Virus record (IMG/VR): IMGVR_UViG_3300027833_000013
Coordinates: 64,001 to 128,000 of that record
Direction: 5' to 3' (one strand)
Length of the DNA: 64,000 nt
Source: a virus
Below are positions 27,260 to 42,700 of this stretch, in pieces. Each line of letters begins with the position of its first letter. The stretch's first letter is position 1. The notes below the pieces were generated by a model. It searched no databases and was not told where the DNA came from. It saw only the letters and a program-made list of their open reading frames with translations. The translations under genes were made by a program, and so were the position numbers.

Positions 27260-30200
27260 ATGTCAACTACAGATAGACAAAACAGGTTATTAGTAGCCGA
27301 AAATTGGAAGCGTATATACCAAAGTTTTCGCAATGCTGATTTTCAAAGCTACGACTTTGATAACCTAAGAAGAACAATGATAGCATACCTTAGGACTAAT
27401 TATCCTGAGGATTTTAACGATTATATCGAGTCTAGCGAATATCTTGCGCTGATAGATTTAATTGCATTTTTAGGCCAAAATATTTCCTTCCGTATTGACC
27501 TAAATGCAAGAGAAAACTTTTTAGAATTAGCAGAGCGTAGAGAATCAGTTCTCCGTTTAGCACGGTTACTTTCTTACAACCCAAAACGTAACCAAGCGGC
27601 CCAGGGACTTTTAAAAGTAACAAGTGTTTCAACAACTGAAGAGGTTGTAGACAGTAATAACTTTAATTTAGCAAATCAACAAATACAATGGAACGACCCA
27701 ACTAACACAGATTGGTATGAGCAATTTATTAAAGTAATGAATTCTGCACTACCTGCTAATGGAACTTTTGGACGCCCACTTAAAAAAGAAATTGTCGACG
27801 GTGTTCCAAATGAACAGTACAGATTTAATGCTGTTAATACTGACATTCCGACATACGGATTTACTAAAACAGTACAAGGAAAATCACTACAATTTGAGGT
27901 AGTGTCTACAGATTTAAATACTGATACAAAAAACGCTGAAGAAGAAATTCCGTTGACTGCAAATAGTTTTGCGTATCTTTATAAAGACGATAGTCGCGGA
28001 CCTGCAAGTAGTAATACTGGATTCTTTTGTACTTTCAAACAAGGCTCATTAGATAGCGGACAATTTGTAGTTAATACTCCGACAACTAATCAAGTAATTG
28101 ATATCGATGCGGCAAACATTAATAACGATGATGTTTGGCTTTACAAGTTAGATGCATCTGGACAAGAGTCAGAATATTGGACAAAGGTTGATGCTGTTGA
28201 AGGCAACAATATTATCTATAATAGTGTTAGTAAAAAAATTAGATCAGTTTACAGTGTACTTACTCGAGTAAGTGATAGAATTAGTTTAGTGTTTTCAGAC
28301 GGTACATTTGGAGAACTACCACAAGGCGTATTTAAAGTATTTTACCGTACTAGTAATAATCAAAGTTATGTAATTAAACCAACCGACATGACAGGAATTC
28401 AAATTAAAGTCCCTTATTTAAGTAGAAGTAATACTGTTGAAACAATTACGCTTAATTTAGAATTAAAATATACTGTTGCTAATAGTTCTACAAGCGAAAC
28501 TAACGAAAGCATTAAGCAAAATGCACCTTCGACTTATTATACCCAAAATAGAATGGTAACAGCAGAAGACTACAACGTTGCTCCGTTAGGCATAAGTCAA
28601 GACATTATTAAAGTAAAATCAGTTAATAGATTTGCAAGTGGAATTAGTAGATATTATGATTTGTTAGATGCAACTGGAAAATATAGTAGTACAAATTTGT
28701 ATGCAAATGACGGCATTATATATAAAGAAAATTTAGTTAATAAAGATAGCTTTACCTATATAACACAAACAGACATTGAAAGTGCTATTACAAATAAAAT
28801 AGAACCTATTTTAAAAGATCGAAGAGTTTTAAATTATTACCTAACAAACTTTACAAAAGTTATTACATCTGATTTAAAAGCAGAGTGGGTACAAACTACT
28901 AGCGACACTAATAGAGGGACAGGACACTTAATAGACGAAAGTGATGTAAAGTACAAAGTTGGTACTTTTACAGCAAACAACCTGCGCTTACTAGAAGCAG
29001 GGTCGCTTCTTAAGTTTGAAGCCCCAACAGGTTACCACTTCTTAGTAGGTGATAAGACAACATTAATTGCAGGAGCAGTCGGCGCACCTAATACACTAAT
29101 GTATAAGTGGGTAAAAGTAATTAGTGTAAATGGCGACGGTACTACAAACACTACATCGGGCCTAGGACCTATTGTGCTTAACGATAGTATTCCGACACAG
29201 GCGCTATTAACAGAAATTAGACCTAAACTAACTACAAGTATTAATGATTCAGTTAAAGTACAAATTATTGACCAAGCATTTGCAAATAATACATTTGGAC
29301 TGCGCTATGATGTTGGTACTAGACAGTGGAGACTTATTACTGAAGTAAACTTAGATACAATTAGTGATTTTAGTACAGGAAAAACCGGCGATGTTAGCAG
29401 TCAAAACTTAGATGCAAGTTGGTTATTATGGTTTAAAACTGACGGCGAAAAATACAATATTACATATCGGGCAATGCGTTATGTATATGAAAGTGATAAC
29501 GAAATTAAATTCTATTACGATAGCAGTGATAAAATTTATGATAATAAAACTGGTAAAATTATTAAAGATAAAATTCAAGTATTAAGTATTAATACACAGC
29601 CTATGTTAACTTTACCGTTTACATCTGACTACAATTTTGAAATTACAAAAGAATATAGAGATGCCGACGGCTATGTAGATTCAAAGAAAGTAGAAATATC
29701 ATTCTTTGATGCTGATGATGACGGCGTAGTTGATAATCCAGGATCGTTTGTTGACATTGTTAATGAAACTGTTTCCCCTACTACAAAGTATATATTTCAA
29801 AAGAAATACACTACAACCGACGGTGTTGAAGATTATCAATATGTAACACAAACGTCACAAAACATATTAGTGCTTACATCTGAATCGGCTATAGGAGCAT
29901 ATAGTTCTTATGATGCATTAACTATCTTTTTCGCAATTGACACAGGGTTATTCAAACAGTTATCGTCAGATAAACTTTTACTAACGCAAATATCAAATTT
30001 TAAAGCATTTATTGGTAGAGCAGATTTAAAATTTAGATATGTACATGCCGCAGATAATAACAAGCGGATTGATCCTAGTAGTACCAACTTAATAGACACG
30101 TACTTGTTAACAAGATTGTATGACACCAGTTACAGAAAATGGCTAAATGGTGATCTTACAACAAAGCCATTACCGCCTAGCAGTGATCAACTGTATAGAA

Positions 30201-30736
30201 GTTACGGCGCTGAGTTAGATAAGATTAAAAGTATTAGTGACGAAGTAATATACCATCCAGTAAAGTACAAAATACTTTTTGGATCAGCCGCGGAGAATAG
30301 TTTGCAAGCAACGTTTAAAATTGTTAAAAATACAGAAACTGTATCCAACGATAATGAAGTAAAGTCAAATGTAATTAATGCAATGAATGAATATTTTAGT
30401 TTGGAAAACTGGGAGTTTGGTGAATCATTTTACTTCTCAGAACTCTCAACTTACATAATGAATCAACTTGCACCTTCAATTAGTTCTATAGTAATTGTTC
30501 CAAGCGACGACTTACTATCATTTGGATCGTTGTATGAAATAAACTCAGAATCTGATGAAATTTTCATAAGTGGTGCAACTGTAGAAAATGTAGAAATAAT
30601 AGATACTATTACTGCAACTAAACTAAAATCCTCAGGCACTGTTATTACAGCAAGCACTGAAGTTTCAAATACTGGAATACAAAGTTCGAGTACTGCATAT
30701 ACGTCCACTATCAACACCGGAGGCTCGAGCTACTAA
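27260..30736 (+). CDS. gp6: Baseplate wedge protein gp6-like
   Basis: DFDNLR, ENFLELAERRESVLRLARLLSYNPKR, FSDGTFG, QNRMVTAEDY; TAAATA at 27229-27234. Confidence 0.88.
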   Translation: MSTTDRQNRLLVAENWKRIYQSFRNADFQSYDFDNLRRTMIAYLRTNYPEDFNDYIESSEYLALIDLIAFLGQNISFRIDLNARENFLELAERRESVLRLARLLSYNPKRNQAAQGLLKVTSVSTTEEVVDSNNFNLANQQIQWNDPTNTDWYEQFIKVMNSALPANGTFGRPLKKEIVDGVPNEQYRFNAVNTDIPTYGFTKTVQGKSLQFEVVSTDLNTDTKNAEEEIPLTANSFAYLYKDDSRGPASSNTGFFCTFKQGSLDSGQFVVNTPTTNQVIDIDAANINNDDVWLYKLDASGQESEYWTKVDAVEGNNIIYNSVSKKIRSVYSVLTRVSDRISLVFSDGTFGELPQGVFKVFYRTSNNQSYVIKPTDMTGIQIKVPYLSRSNTVETITLNLELKYTVANSSTSETNESIKQNAPSTYYTQNRMVTAEDYNVAPLGISQDIIKVKSVNRFASGISRYYDLLDATGKYSSTNLYANDGIIYKENLVNKDSFTYITQTDIESAITNKIEPILKDRRVLNYYLTNFTKVITSDLKAEWVQTTSDTNRGTGHLIDESDVKYKVGTFTANNLRLLEAGSLLKFEAPTGYHFLVGDKTTLIAGAVGAPNTLMYKWVKVISVNGDGTTNTTSGLGPIVLNDSIPTQALLTEIRPKLTTSINDSVKVQIIDQAFANNTFGLRYDVGTRQWRLITEVNLDTISDFSTGKTGDVSSQNLDASWLLWFKTDGEKYNITYRAMRYVYESDNEIKFYYDSSDKIYDNKTGKIIKDKIQVLSINTQPMLTLPFTSDYNFEITKEYRDADGYVDSKKVEISFFDADDDGVVDNPGSFVDIVNETVSPTTKYIFQKKYTTTDGVEDYQYVTQTSQNILVLTSESAIGAYSSYDALTIFFAIDTGLFKQLSSDKLLLTQISNFKAFIGRADLKFRYVHAADNNKRIDPSSTNLIDTYLLTRLYDTSYRKWLNGDLTTKPLPPSSDQLYRSYGAELDKIKSISDEVIYHPVKYKILFGSAAENSLQATFKIVKNTETVSNDNEVKSNVINAMNEYFSLENWEFGESFYFSELSTYIMNQLAPSISSIVIVPSDDLLSFGSLYEINSESDEIFISGATVENVEIIDTITATKLKSSGTVITASTEVSNTGIQSSSTAYTSTINTGGSSY

Positions 30737-33700
30737 TGGCTTATAATGATGACCAAAACGAATATCCACTTCCAGTTAATGGCAAATCTAATAGAAAGTC
30801 TGCGGAGTTACTTCCGAGATACTTCCGTACTGAGACAAATACTAAGTTTTTAAACGCAACATTAGATCAGGTTACTACGCCTGGCACTGCAAAAAAACTT
30901 AATGGGTATTATGGCAGAAAAACTGCAAATGCATATTCTCCTAAAGATATCTATTTAGGAGATGTTACAGCTCAACGAGAAACTTATCAGTTAGAACCGT
31001 CGTTAATATCTAAAGACTTACTCGGCAATGTATTATTTTATAAAGATTATAATGATTTTAGAAATCAACTTAGTGTATTAGGCGGTAGTGTATCAAATGA
31101 AAGTTTATTAAACAGCCAAGAGTACTATGCATGGAACCCTAATTTAGATTGGGATAAACTTGCTAACTTTAGAGAATATTACTGGTTACCAAATGGTCCT
31201 GCAAACGTAACAGTCTTTGGCCAAAATGATGATGTAACTAGTACGTACACAGTTTCAAGTGTAGATAATTTAGGCAATAGAGGATACACATTTAACGGTA
31301 ATTTAACACAAAATCCAACATTAGAATTATATAGAGGTCAAACTTACATATTTGATATAGATGCCGCTGGGTTGCCACTTACTTTCAGAACATCGAGAGC
31401 TATCGAAAGCGATAACGAGTATGCAATCGGCATAACTAATTCAGGAACTGATACTGGATCGATTACGTTTACTGTGCCACTTGAAGCACCAGACAGATTA
31501 TACTATGTTGCCCAAACAGATATTAATACTGGTGGAACAATTAGAATTGCAGATATAGAATCAAACACTTCTATAGATGTTGCAACTGATATTTTAAATA
31601 AAAAAACATACACTACTGCAAATGGATTTGCATTAATGAATGGTATGAAAATTAAGTTTGAAGGAACTGTTACTCCTGAAATATATGCAACCAATACCTG
31701 GTATGTTGAAGGTGTCGGTGACAAGATTAAATTAATTAAAGATACTGATCTTACTATTCCGCAAGCATATTCCGCAGACATCAATGTATTGTTTGATGCT
31801 AATCCTTTTGATAATTTACCTTATAGTAGAGCAAACTCTTATAGTGCAACAAAAGATTATATTGTTATTAATCGTAGTTCACCTGATAAAAGTGCTTGGG
31901 CAAGAAACAACAGATGGTTCCACAAATCAGTGCTTGAAAAAACAGCTGAACTAAATGGTGAAGTATTTAACATTGATCAAAGTGCAAGAGCAAAGCGTCC
32001 TATTATTGAATTCAATGCAGGACTAAAATTATTTGAATTTGGTACAGAAGCCAAAACAGAAAATGTAGATTTAATTGATACTTTTACTACTGATGTATTT
32101 TCTACAATCAACGGCAAAGAAGGTTATAGCATTGACGGCGTTGATATTACTGACGGTATGCGCATATTGTTTACAGCGGATACCGACCTGCTTGTAAAAG
32201 ATAAGATATACAAAGTTAAATTTATTAAACATAATTCAACAGTAGCGCAAATAGCGTTAATAGAAGAATCGGATACTCTTCCTATTGCTAATCAAGTTGC
32301 ACTAATAATTGCTGGTACTAATGCCGGTAAACAATATTATTATAACGGCTATGCTTGGAAATTAGCACAATATAAGTCTACTGCAAATCAACCCCCGTTA
32401 TTTGAGATATTTGATGATTTAGGATATAGTTATACTGATTCATCAACGTATCCAGTAAGTGATTTTATAGGTAATAAACTGTTTAGTTATAAAGTAGGAA
32501 CTGGAAAGGCTGATATCGAATTAGGTTTTCCTATTACATATAAGTCACTTGAAAATGTAGGCGATATAACGTTTGATTTTAATTTAGTAACAGATTCATT
32601 TAATTATCAAATTAATAATACTCCGTTATCTAAAAACACAGACGTTGGATTCTGTAAAGTATATACTGACATTACTAGTTTTGAATATTGCAATGGATGG
32701 GCAACGACAAAAACTAACACAGTTCAAAAAGTTATTAGGCAATATGATGTTGCTACTGCACAGGCAGATTTTGCAATCGATGTTTATGACAAAAGCGGTA
32801 CACTAACTGACTTAACAGTTGCCGTACAAGTAAACAGTGCTTGGAGATTTGACTATACGCTTGTAACTGTAGACAATGTAAAAACTGTTAGATTTGCAAT
32901 AGCAATACCTGCAAACAGTAGTGTTGTAATTAAAACTAATAGCAACACTATTAAAAATGCTAACGGCTATTATGAATTTCCGCATGCAATGGAAAAGAAT
33001 CCACAGAATGAAAATCTTAGTTCCTTTACACTCGGCGAAGTAAACGATCATGTATTTTCAATGCTTGAAGACTTGCCGGGATTTGCAGGAACATTTCCTG
33101 GACCGAGCAACCTTGGCAATTTAGGAAACATAAATCCGTATGGTAAAAAGTTTCTACAGTATGCCGGATCTGCCAACATATCTGCTTATCACATTACAGA
33201 CAAAGATGCAAACATAATCAAAGCAATTGATCATGCAAGGCGCGAATATAGAAAGTTTAAAAGATCATTTATGCAAGTAGCAGAAACTCTTGGATATGAT
33301 GGCCCGACTAAACAACACGTTGATTTAGTATTAAAAGAAGTTAATAAAGATAAAACAAAAACAGACTCGTATCACTTTAGTGACATGGTACCATATGAAG
33401 GTGCAAAGCGTTTAGAATTCACAGTTTATGATACAGAAAATACTTTCTTTTCACTAAGTGAAAAATTTAGTTTAGATACGTTATCATCTAAAGCATTATT
33501 GGTATATCAAAATGGTACACAGTTAATTCATAATAAAGATTACACATTCAATTTAGATGGATTTGTTGTAATTACTGCAACTAAAGCAAAAGACGATTTA
33601 ATAGAAATATATGAATTTGGCAACACAGACGGCTGCTACGTACCTTCGACTCCTAGTAAGTTGGGATTATTTCCAACGTTTTATCCTACATTAATTTCTG

Positions 33701-36700
33701 ATAGTACGTATCAAACAGCTACTAATATAATACAAGGGCATGACGGTAGTAAAACTGTTGCATACAACGATTACAGAGACGATTTGTTATTGGACCTTGA
33801 AAAGAGAATATTTAACAATATTAAAGCAAAGTATGATACTACTAGATTAGATATTAACGACTTTGTACCAGGAAACGATAGAAATACTAAATTTACTAGT
33901 GTACAAGTTAATAATGGAATGATGTTTGACTTTGTGCAATGGACTGAAAGTTTAGGTAATATTGATTATTCTAGTAGTAGTGATTTTTACAGTAGAGATA
34001 ATAGCTTTACTTGGAACTATTCTCAAATGGCATCTTGGGACGGCACGTCTCTAAGAGGATTTTGGAGAGCAGTTTATAAAAGTGCTTATGACACAGATCG
34101 TCCTCATACACACCCTTGGGAAATGCTAGGATTTAGTATTATGCCCACATGGTGGGAAGCACAATATGGACCAGCACCGTATACAAGTGATAACTTAGTA
34201 TTATGGGAAGATTTACAAGAAGGTAGAGTAAATGTTCCAGGTGCATCTATAAAAATTATTAACAAATATAAAAGAAGTAACTTATTAAAGCATATTCCTG
34301 TTAACAACAGTGGTCAACTGTTAAGTCCACAAGACTCGGGATACACATCAGGAGTTGTATCAAACATAGATGCATCGTTTACATTTGGTGACGAAGCACC
34401 GGCTGAAACTGCTTGGAGACGTAGTGGCGAATATCCGTTTAGTTTAATTAAGTCTTGGGTGTTAAATCAACCTAATAAAGTAATTGGTTTAGGGTTTGAT
34501 ACGTCAAGAATGAAAAAATCTATTGCAGGACAATGGATATACACAAACTCGGGTAAAGCTATATCTCCAAAAGATATATTATATCCTAATACAATAACAG
34601 ACTCTAACGAAGTACTTACAAGTGGATTAGTTAACTATGTTATTGATTATTTAACTTCGGAAGCAACATCTGACGTTGCAACATATAAGTCAAAATTTAG
34701 TTTAATTAAAAATCAATTAGGTATTAAACTAGGGTCGTTTACTGACAATGAAAAACTAAGATTTATATTAGATAGCAGAACTCCGTTTAACAAAGGTAAT
34801 GTATTTCTTCCTAAAGAAAATTATAATATTTTCCTTAATAAAAGCTCACCGCTAACTGTTGCATCTTATAGTGGCGTAATGGTCGAAAAAGCACCTAAAG
34901 GATTTATTGTCCGTGGGTATGATAGTACTAACCCTATATTTAAATACACTATACCAAAAACGTCTGCTACTGATCCGACAATTACTGTTGGTGGTATATC
35001 AGAAGCATTTCTTGATTGGGATGCAGGAAAGAGATACTTAACAGGTTCCAATATAAAGCACAATAATGTATTTTATAGAGTAATAGATACTCATACTAGT
35101 GGCAACACATTTGACACTGAATACTTTCAAAAAATAGCACAACTTCCATTGACAGGCGGAGTAACAGCGTTATATAGGCGCACATTTGAAAATACTGATA
35201 CAACAGTACCATACGGCACAATACTAGATACTGTACAAGATGTAGTTGACTTTTTACTTGGATACGAAAATTATTTAACATCACAAGGTTTTGCGTTTGA
35301 TTATTATAATACAGAGCAACAGGTTGTAGAAGATTGGAAATTAAGTACAAAAGAATTTATGTATTTTACAACACAGAATTGGTCAGCTGGCACTGTAATA
35401 TCTCTAAGTCCGGCAGCAACACGATTGCGCTTTAAATCAAATTATGCAGTTGTAGACGACTTATACGATAGCTTCTATAACTATAGCATATTAAATGCAA
35501 ATGGTCAAAAGGTACCTGAAACTGTTACTAGATTAAACAGAGAAGATGGTGTATTCCAGATGCAGTTAAGAGATTCTGTAGACGGAATATACCATGCTGT
35601 ACTACCGCAAGTGCAATTTGAACACGTTGCTGTCTTAGATAACGTATCAGATTTTAAAGACGTAATTTATAGTCCTGCTACGGGATATCGACAAGAGCGT
35701 ATTAAGGTATTAGGATATGTTGCTTCGGGTTGGAACGGAAGTTTAAACATTCCAGGCTTTGTATTTGATAACGCAGAAGTTACTGAATGGGAATCATGGA
35801 CTGATTATGCAATAAGCAGTGTTGTAAAATATAAAGAATTTTATTATAGTGCAAGAGTTGATATTACTGGCAATGAAGCATTTGATTCTGCAGTTTGGGT
35901 TCGTTTAGATAAACGCCCAGAATCAAAATTAATGCCAAACTTTGATTATAAAATTAATCAATTTGCAGACTTTTATGATCTTGATTCAGACAATTTTGAT
36001 TCCGAACAGCAGAAAATGGCACAGCATCTAATAGGTTATCAAAAGCGTCAGTATTTAGAAAATATTATTAACGATGACGTTAGTCAGTATAAATTCTATC
36101 AAGGAATGATTGCTGACAAGGGCACACGTAATAGTATTGATAAATTATTTGATAGTTTAGCAAGTGCTGACAAAGACAGTGTTGACTTTTATGAAGAATG
36201 GGCAATTAAGTCAGCACAGTACGGAGCAAGTACAGGGTTTGAAGAAATTGAATATCAGTTAGATGAATCTAAGTTTAAATTAGAACCACAACCTATTGAG
36301 TTGGTTGATGTAGTACCAACAGCAACAACTGATTTGACTTATAGAATACCACATCATGACGTGTTCTTAAAACCAACAAATTACGAAACAACTAGACTAC
36401 CGACAAAATTTTTAGATACTGAATATGTAAAAACAGTTGGATACGTTACCGGAGATGATGTTAATAGAGCAGTAAATAGCCCTGCAGGCATATTAGCTTT
36501 CAACCCAGCAGAACTTGATAAAGGCGCATATGTTTGGGTATCGAGTAATAGCCAGTCTTGGGACGTACTAAAACATGTAAACAGTGACATTATAATTAAT
36601 ACTGTTTCAGTAGACGGTCCGACAGTATCACTATCATGTGATAAGACAGTGGCTCTTGAAGTTGGTGATATTATTGGCCTTTACAATGTTGATCAAATTG

Positions 36701-39700
36701 TCGGAACTGATTCAGCACCAACAGTTACTGAAGCGTTTTACACTGTTTCAGATGTTTACAATAATACAATTGAAATTACTTCAGATAATGCTGATTGGCA
36801 AAAAGTTGAAACACTAACTAACATCAACGGAATAATTACAAAATTTATATCTCAGCGTGTTGCTACATTAGCAACAGCAAATGATTTAAGTACTACTAAT
36901 TTAAAGTCTTTAGAGGTTATATGGGTAGACGATGACGATACTGGCAAGTGGAGAGTAATTAAAAATTCTCCAGTATATTCACAAGCACAGACACTTAAAA
37001 GTTCTTTGTCATTAGACAGTACTCAGCATAACTTTGGACATAGTATTGCTGTAAACAAATCTAATACGTTGTTAGCAGTTGGTATTCCTGATAAAGGCAA
37101 TGGCGAAGTACATGTGTTTAAGCGCAGTAGTGATGCAAACAATTTAGTATTTGATCAAACTATTACAGCACCAACGTCATACGTTGATACATATGACGGT
37201 AGTACTGAAGTTACATCTCAGAAGTTCGGCGAGAGTGTTTCATTTAGTCCAGATGGCAAATATTTAATTATTGGTTCTCCGCATGCAAGTAACGTAAAAA
37301 CTGCATACAAAGGCGACTACGTTCCCGGAAGTGACTATAACAAAAATGAAATTATTAAGTTTGGACCCAACTTGTTTAAAGCAGTTGCGGTAATTGACGG
37401 AGCAGTTGATTCTATTCCATATACAACATTTGATTCGTATCCGAATTTAGTGTCAGAGACTGATAGTACTACACTTAACTTATTACAAACAGGCAACTAT
37501 AAACTTAATAGCAAGCCTAATACTACACATATACTAGTTAGAGCACCTAAGGAAGCATACGAAGGTTCAAAAACTGGCGACAATATTGTATTAAAGTGGA
37601 ACAACTACAGTAACATAAACACACAAGGATGCAATGTATCAGTTGAGCCGTTTGATGGACAGTTCCCTGAAATTACAGGCGCATTATTGTCTGACATTCA
37701 TCCTATTGTAGCAAAAGTAGAAAACGTATTATATATTGCAAACTTTCAAAACTTACCAGGCATAGGACAAACAGTAAACAGTGCAGTTGCAAGTGGGACA
37801 GTTTCTTATGTAGGTGACAGTGACGGCGCTGCCGTTGTATATGTTTCTGACGTTAATGGTACATTTGCAGAAACAGGACAAATAGCAATTGGTAATATTG
37901 CAATTGGAGATTATACAGAAGATTATCAAAATCCGACAGCAGAAGTTGGCGGATATTGGATGATAACTACCCCTGCATACGAAACAGCGGCAGATAGTTC
38001 AAATGTATTTACTGATCCAGGACACGGATTAATATATCAAGACATTATTAAGCAAGACTCTGCTAGAACACCTAACTATTATTACAATATACAAGACACT
38101 ATTCAAGCTATTGGGGCAAAGGTATCTGCAAATGATCAGGCTTCGTTTATTGAAAGCTTCACATATGAAGGTGACCCAAATGAAGTATTTGCTGTACAGG
38201 AATCTAACAAATGGGCAATACGTGTTCCTAAAGCATTTTCAGATACTAAAACAGCCGGCGATCAATTTTATCTTTTCTTAGATGATCAGAGTGGAATAGT
38301 TGATTTAGCAGGTACTGCATTTACTTTTGATATTACAAACAAGCAACATACTATTAATGAAGTGCTTGACGGCTACATTGATTTTGTGTTTGACAACTTT
38401 AGTACAGTAACACAGTTACCGTTTGAACCTGCAATAGGCGACATAGTACGTGATGCATCCAGCGGTGCAACGGCTGAAGTAGCATTTTACAAAAGACAAT
38501 TTAATGACATACGAATTTATGTTAAAAATGTTACAGGTGCCTGGAGCTTAGGCGACACTTACGGACAAACAGCAGACATTATTAGAAATGGCACGCCAAA
38601 CAGAACAATGGGCGAAATCAAAGCAGTATCACTTGGCTCTTCAGAAGTTGGCAAGATTTTTGTTATTGAAGAAACTAGTAATTTTGCAAGTGTTGCAACT
38701 ACACAACTACTTGATAAAGAATACTGGATTTACGATGAAATTATATTACAGGGTATTGCAAGAAGTGCAAACGTACCGTCAAGTAATAACAATGATTGGA
38801 AACAAGTTAACAACATTCTTGCAAGTAATTCATCAAATGCATCTGCAAGCGGACTACTACAAGAAGGTATGATATCTGTTTATACATTAAATGAAATAGC
38901 ACAATTTGATTATGATAGTTCGTATGTAATACCAGAAAGACAAAATTATAAAAGATTTGGCGACGAAATACAAATAACACAAACTGGTACTGGAGTAAAG
39001 GCATTATACAGAGTTGCAGTAGCTTCCGGCGGAAACGCTACAGAATCTAACCCGGGTAGCATACATTTTATTAAACACGGATCGTCTAATACTGTAGGAA
39101 ATACATACGAAACATACCAATGGCAGTTAGACATTAATCCTTTGTTTAAAGGACAATTTACTTCAACAGTGTTTTACAAAGTAAATGAAATTGTTAATTA
39201 TAACGGCATTTTATATAGTGCAAAAATTAACATTGCAAGCGGATCGGCATTTGTGCCAAGTAGTTGGACAGAACTATCTAACACAACTACGCATGTTGGA
39301 TATATTCCTAGTACTCCGGAACAGCTATTGATAGGCGAAGACATTTACTCACCAGAGGGCGGAATTAGAGACTTTGCTCAAAAGTTTGATCAAGACGACG
39401 CAGGCGAAGTATTAATTACAAGTACTAAAATACAAGGTAATGATAGTACAGGCGAAAGAGCAGTTAATGTATATAGACAAGTTAATGGACAATTTACTAT
39501 ATCACAAACAATTACATCACCGTATATTGACGTAAGTACAGATACTCTTACAGGATATGCTGATGCAATAGCAATTAGTGCAGATGGTACTATGATTGCA
39601 ATAGGCGAACCGTATAACAATTCAATTGAAATTCAGCAAGGTAAAGTGTATCTTTATAAATTAACTAACGGTACATTTACATTATCACAGACATTGTTCA

Positions 39701-42700
39701 GTCACAATAATGAAGTAGCAGAACAATTTGGCAGTGCTGTTGGATTTGATGGCAATCAGTTAGCAGTAACATCGTTACAAGGCGACATTGAGATAGCTAC
39801 AACATACGATGCCGATACAACATACTTTGATAATAAGTTTACTAACTTTAAGAAAGTAAACATGGATAGCGGAGTTATTTACATATATGAAAGAATTAAC
39901 AATACTCTAGTATATGCAGAACAATTTATATTTGATGATTATGATTCAATGTTGTTTGGTAAAAATTTATTAGTAAGTAATAACCATGTGTATGCAAGTA
40001 TGCCTAGAATGACAGACTATACTACATATCAAGGTATGGTTGTTGATTATAGAAAAGTATTGGGTAAAACAGCATGGGTTACACACAGAAGCCCATTAGA
40101 TCAAGTTGACTTAACTAATATAAAAAGTGCATTCCTGTATAACACTAAAACTAATACATTAATTTCAGATATTGATATTATTGATCCAGTACAAGGAAAA
40201 ATTCCAGGCACAGCAGAACAAGAATTAAGCTTCAAAACATATTACGATCCGGCATCTTACAATGTAGGAGATGCTAGTGTTGTAGTAGATAAATTAGCAA
40301 GTTGGACCAACAATACAGTAGGCAAATTATGGTGGGATTTAAGTGCAGTTAAGTACTACAACTACTACCAAAATGATATTACATACCAGACTAACTTTTG
40401 GGCAGAAGTATTTCCAGGCACATCTATTGATGTGTATGAGTGGGTAGAATCAAATATTATTCCAAGTGAATGGGATTCGATAGCAGATACAGAACAAGGC
40501 ATTGCATCTGGTATAAGTGGATTAAGCAAGTACGGCGATACGATATACAGTCAAGCACTAGTATGGGACAACATTGCCGCAACGTCAACAGTAAAATACT
40601 TCTTCTGGGTGCTAAACAAGCGTACAATTCCAAATGTAGATTTTAGATTATTATCAGCACAACAAGTACAGACGCTTATTAAAGACCCTGCAGGTTCGGG
40701 ATATAAATTTGCCGCACTTATGTCTAAAGATAGATTTGCGTTGTTTAACGTATCTAATTTAATTAATAATAAAGATGTTGCACTTAATATACGTTATTGG
40801 ACTACAGAAAATAAAAATCAAAACGTACATAATGAATATCAATTAATATCACAGGGTGTTGCAAATAGCAAACCTAATAAAGATATTGAACGCAAATGGT
40901 TTGATAGTTTAATTGGGTATGATATTAAAGATAGACTAGTTCCAGATCCTTCTTTAAGTGTTAAAACAAAATATGGAATTCAAGACAGGCCAAGACAGGG
41001 TATATTTGTAAACCGTGAAGAAGCCCTAAAGCAAGTGGTTGAAAGAGTTAACGATACTTTGAAAAAACATATTATTGTTGATGAATTTGATATTAGTAAT
41101 TTAGTTAAGAGTGATCCAGCACCTGCCAATAGTACATTATTGTTTGATGCAGTAATTGAAACATTTGAAGATTTACAGTTCTTGGGAATAGCAAACAAAA
41201 CAATACCGACATTAACACCTACTATTACTGATGGAGAAGTTGTACAAGTATTAATTACTGCAACTGGTAGAGGATACATTGATCCTTCATATGTTAGCGG
41301 GACTAGAAAAGGTCCAAAAATTACTGTTAACGGTATTGGCACAGGAGCAGAAGTTGAATGTACATTAAATGAACTAGGACAGATTGCTACTGTTAATATT
41401 ATTAACGCAGGTGAAGGGTACGATGAAAATACAACACTAACTGTAAGAAATTTTGCCGCTTTAGTTACAACAGATTCAAATGTTTCAAATAAGTGGAGCA
41501 TATACGATTTAGTTGATAATAAGTGGGTAAGACGTGTAAGTCAGCGTTATGATACAAACTTATACTGGAAATATGCAGACTGGTATGCACCAGGGTATAA
41601 TAACTTTACGGCAGTGGTTGATTTAATCTCAGCAAGTTATTTGTTAGATAGTTTAGTTGATAACGACATTGGTGACACAGTAAAAATTGAGAACGTCGGA
41701 TCCGGCGGTTGGCTATTACTTGAAAAAATTGATAACCAGATTAATGTTGATTACACTGTGAACTATAAGACAGTTGGCAAACAAAATGCAACTATACAAT
41801 TTATTGATACGTTATATAATGTTAGTAAAAGTAAAATAGGATTTGATAGTAATAACTATGATACTGTGTTCTTTGATGCACAGCCTGTTACTGAAACTAG
41901 AATAATACTTGAAACAATTAGAGATAATTTGTTTGTTGATAATTTAGAAGCAGAGTATAATACATTATTCTTGGCTAGTGTCAGATATGCATTCAGTGAA
42001 CAACCAAATATTGACTGGGCGTTTAAAACTAGCTTTGTAAAAGCACAACATAACTTAGGTGATCTTGCACAAAAAGTTACATTTAAAAATGATAACTTAG
42101 AAAGCTATCAAACTTATATAAACGAAGTCAAGCCATATAAAACTAAGGTTAGAGAATACGTAAGTTCGTTTACTAATACAGACCTTACTAGTACTACAAC
42201 TGCTGACTTTGATTTATCACCCAAGTATGATGTTGCAGAAGGCAAGATAACAGCGTCTAATGCAAAAGTATCAAGCACTAATGTTTATGGTGAAAGAGAT
42301 GTATCTTCATATCCAGACAAACATTGGTTTGATAATGTTGGTTACAAAATTACAAGTGTTGATATTGGTAATAAAGGAACTGCATATACATTGCCCCCAG
42401 TAGTTAAGTTTGAAGGCGGCGGCGGCACAGGTGCTACTGCAAAGGCGTTCTTAAATAATGGTAAGTTAAGTGAAATAAAAATATTAACACAAGGTAGTGG
42501 ATATATTAGCGCACCAACAGTAGTACTTGACGGTGGCCTGAGTGATACAGGAACAATTGGCAGGGCAACTGCAATACTAGGCAATGGCGTAGTTAGAGGT
42601 ACTAAAGTTTCGTTTAAATTTGATAGAGTAAGCGGAGTACCTTATATTACTACACTAGCTACAACAGAAACTTTTAATGGAACTGGTAGTAAATTTAACT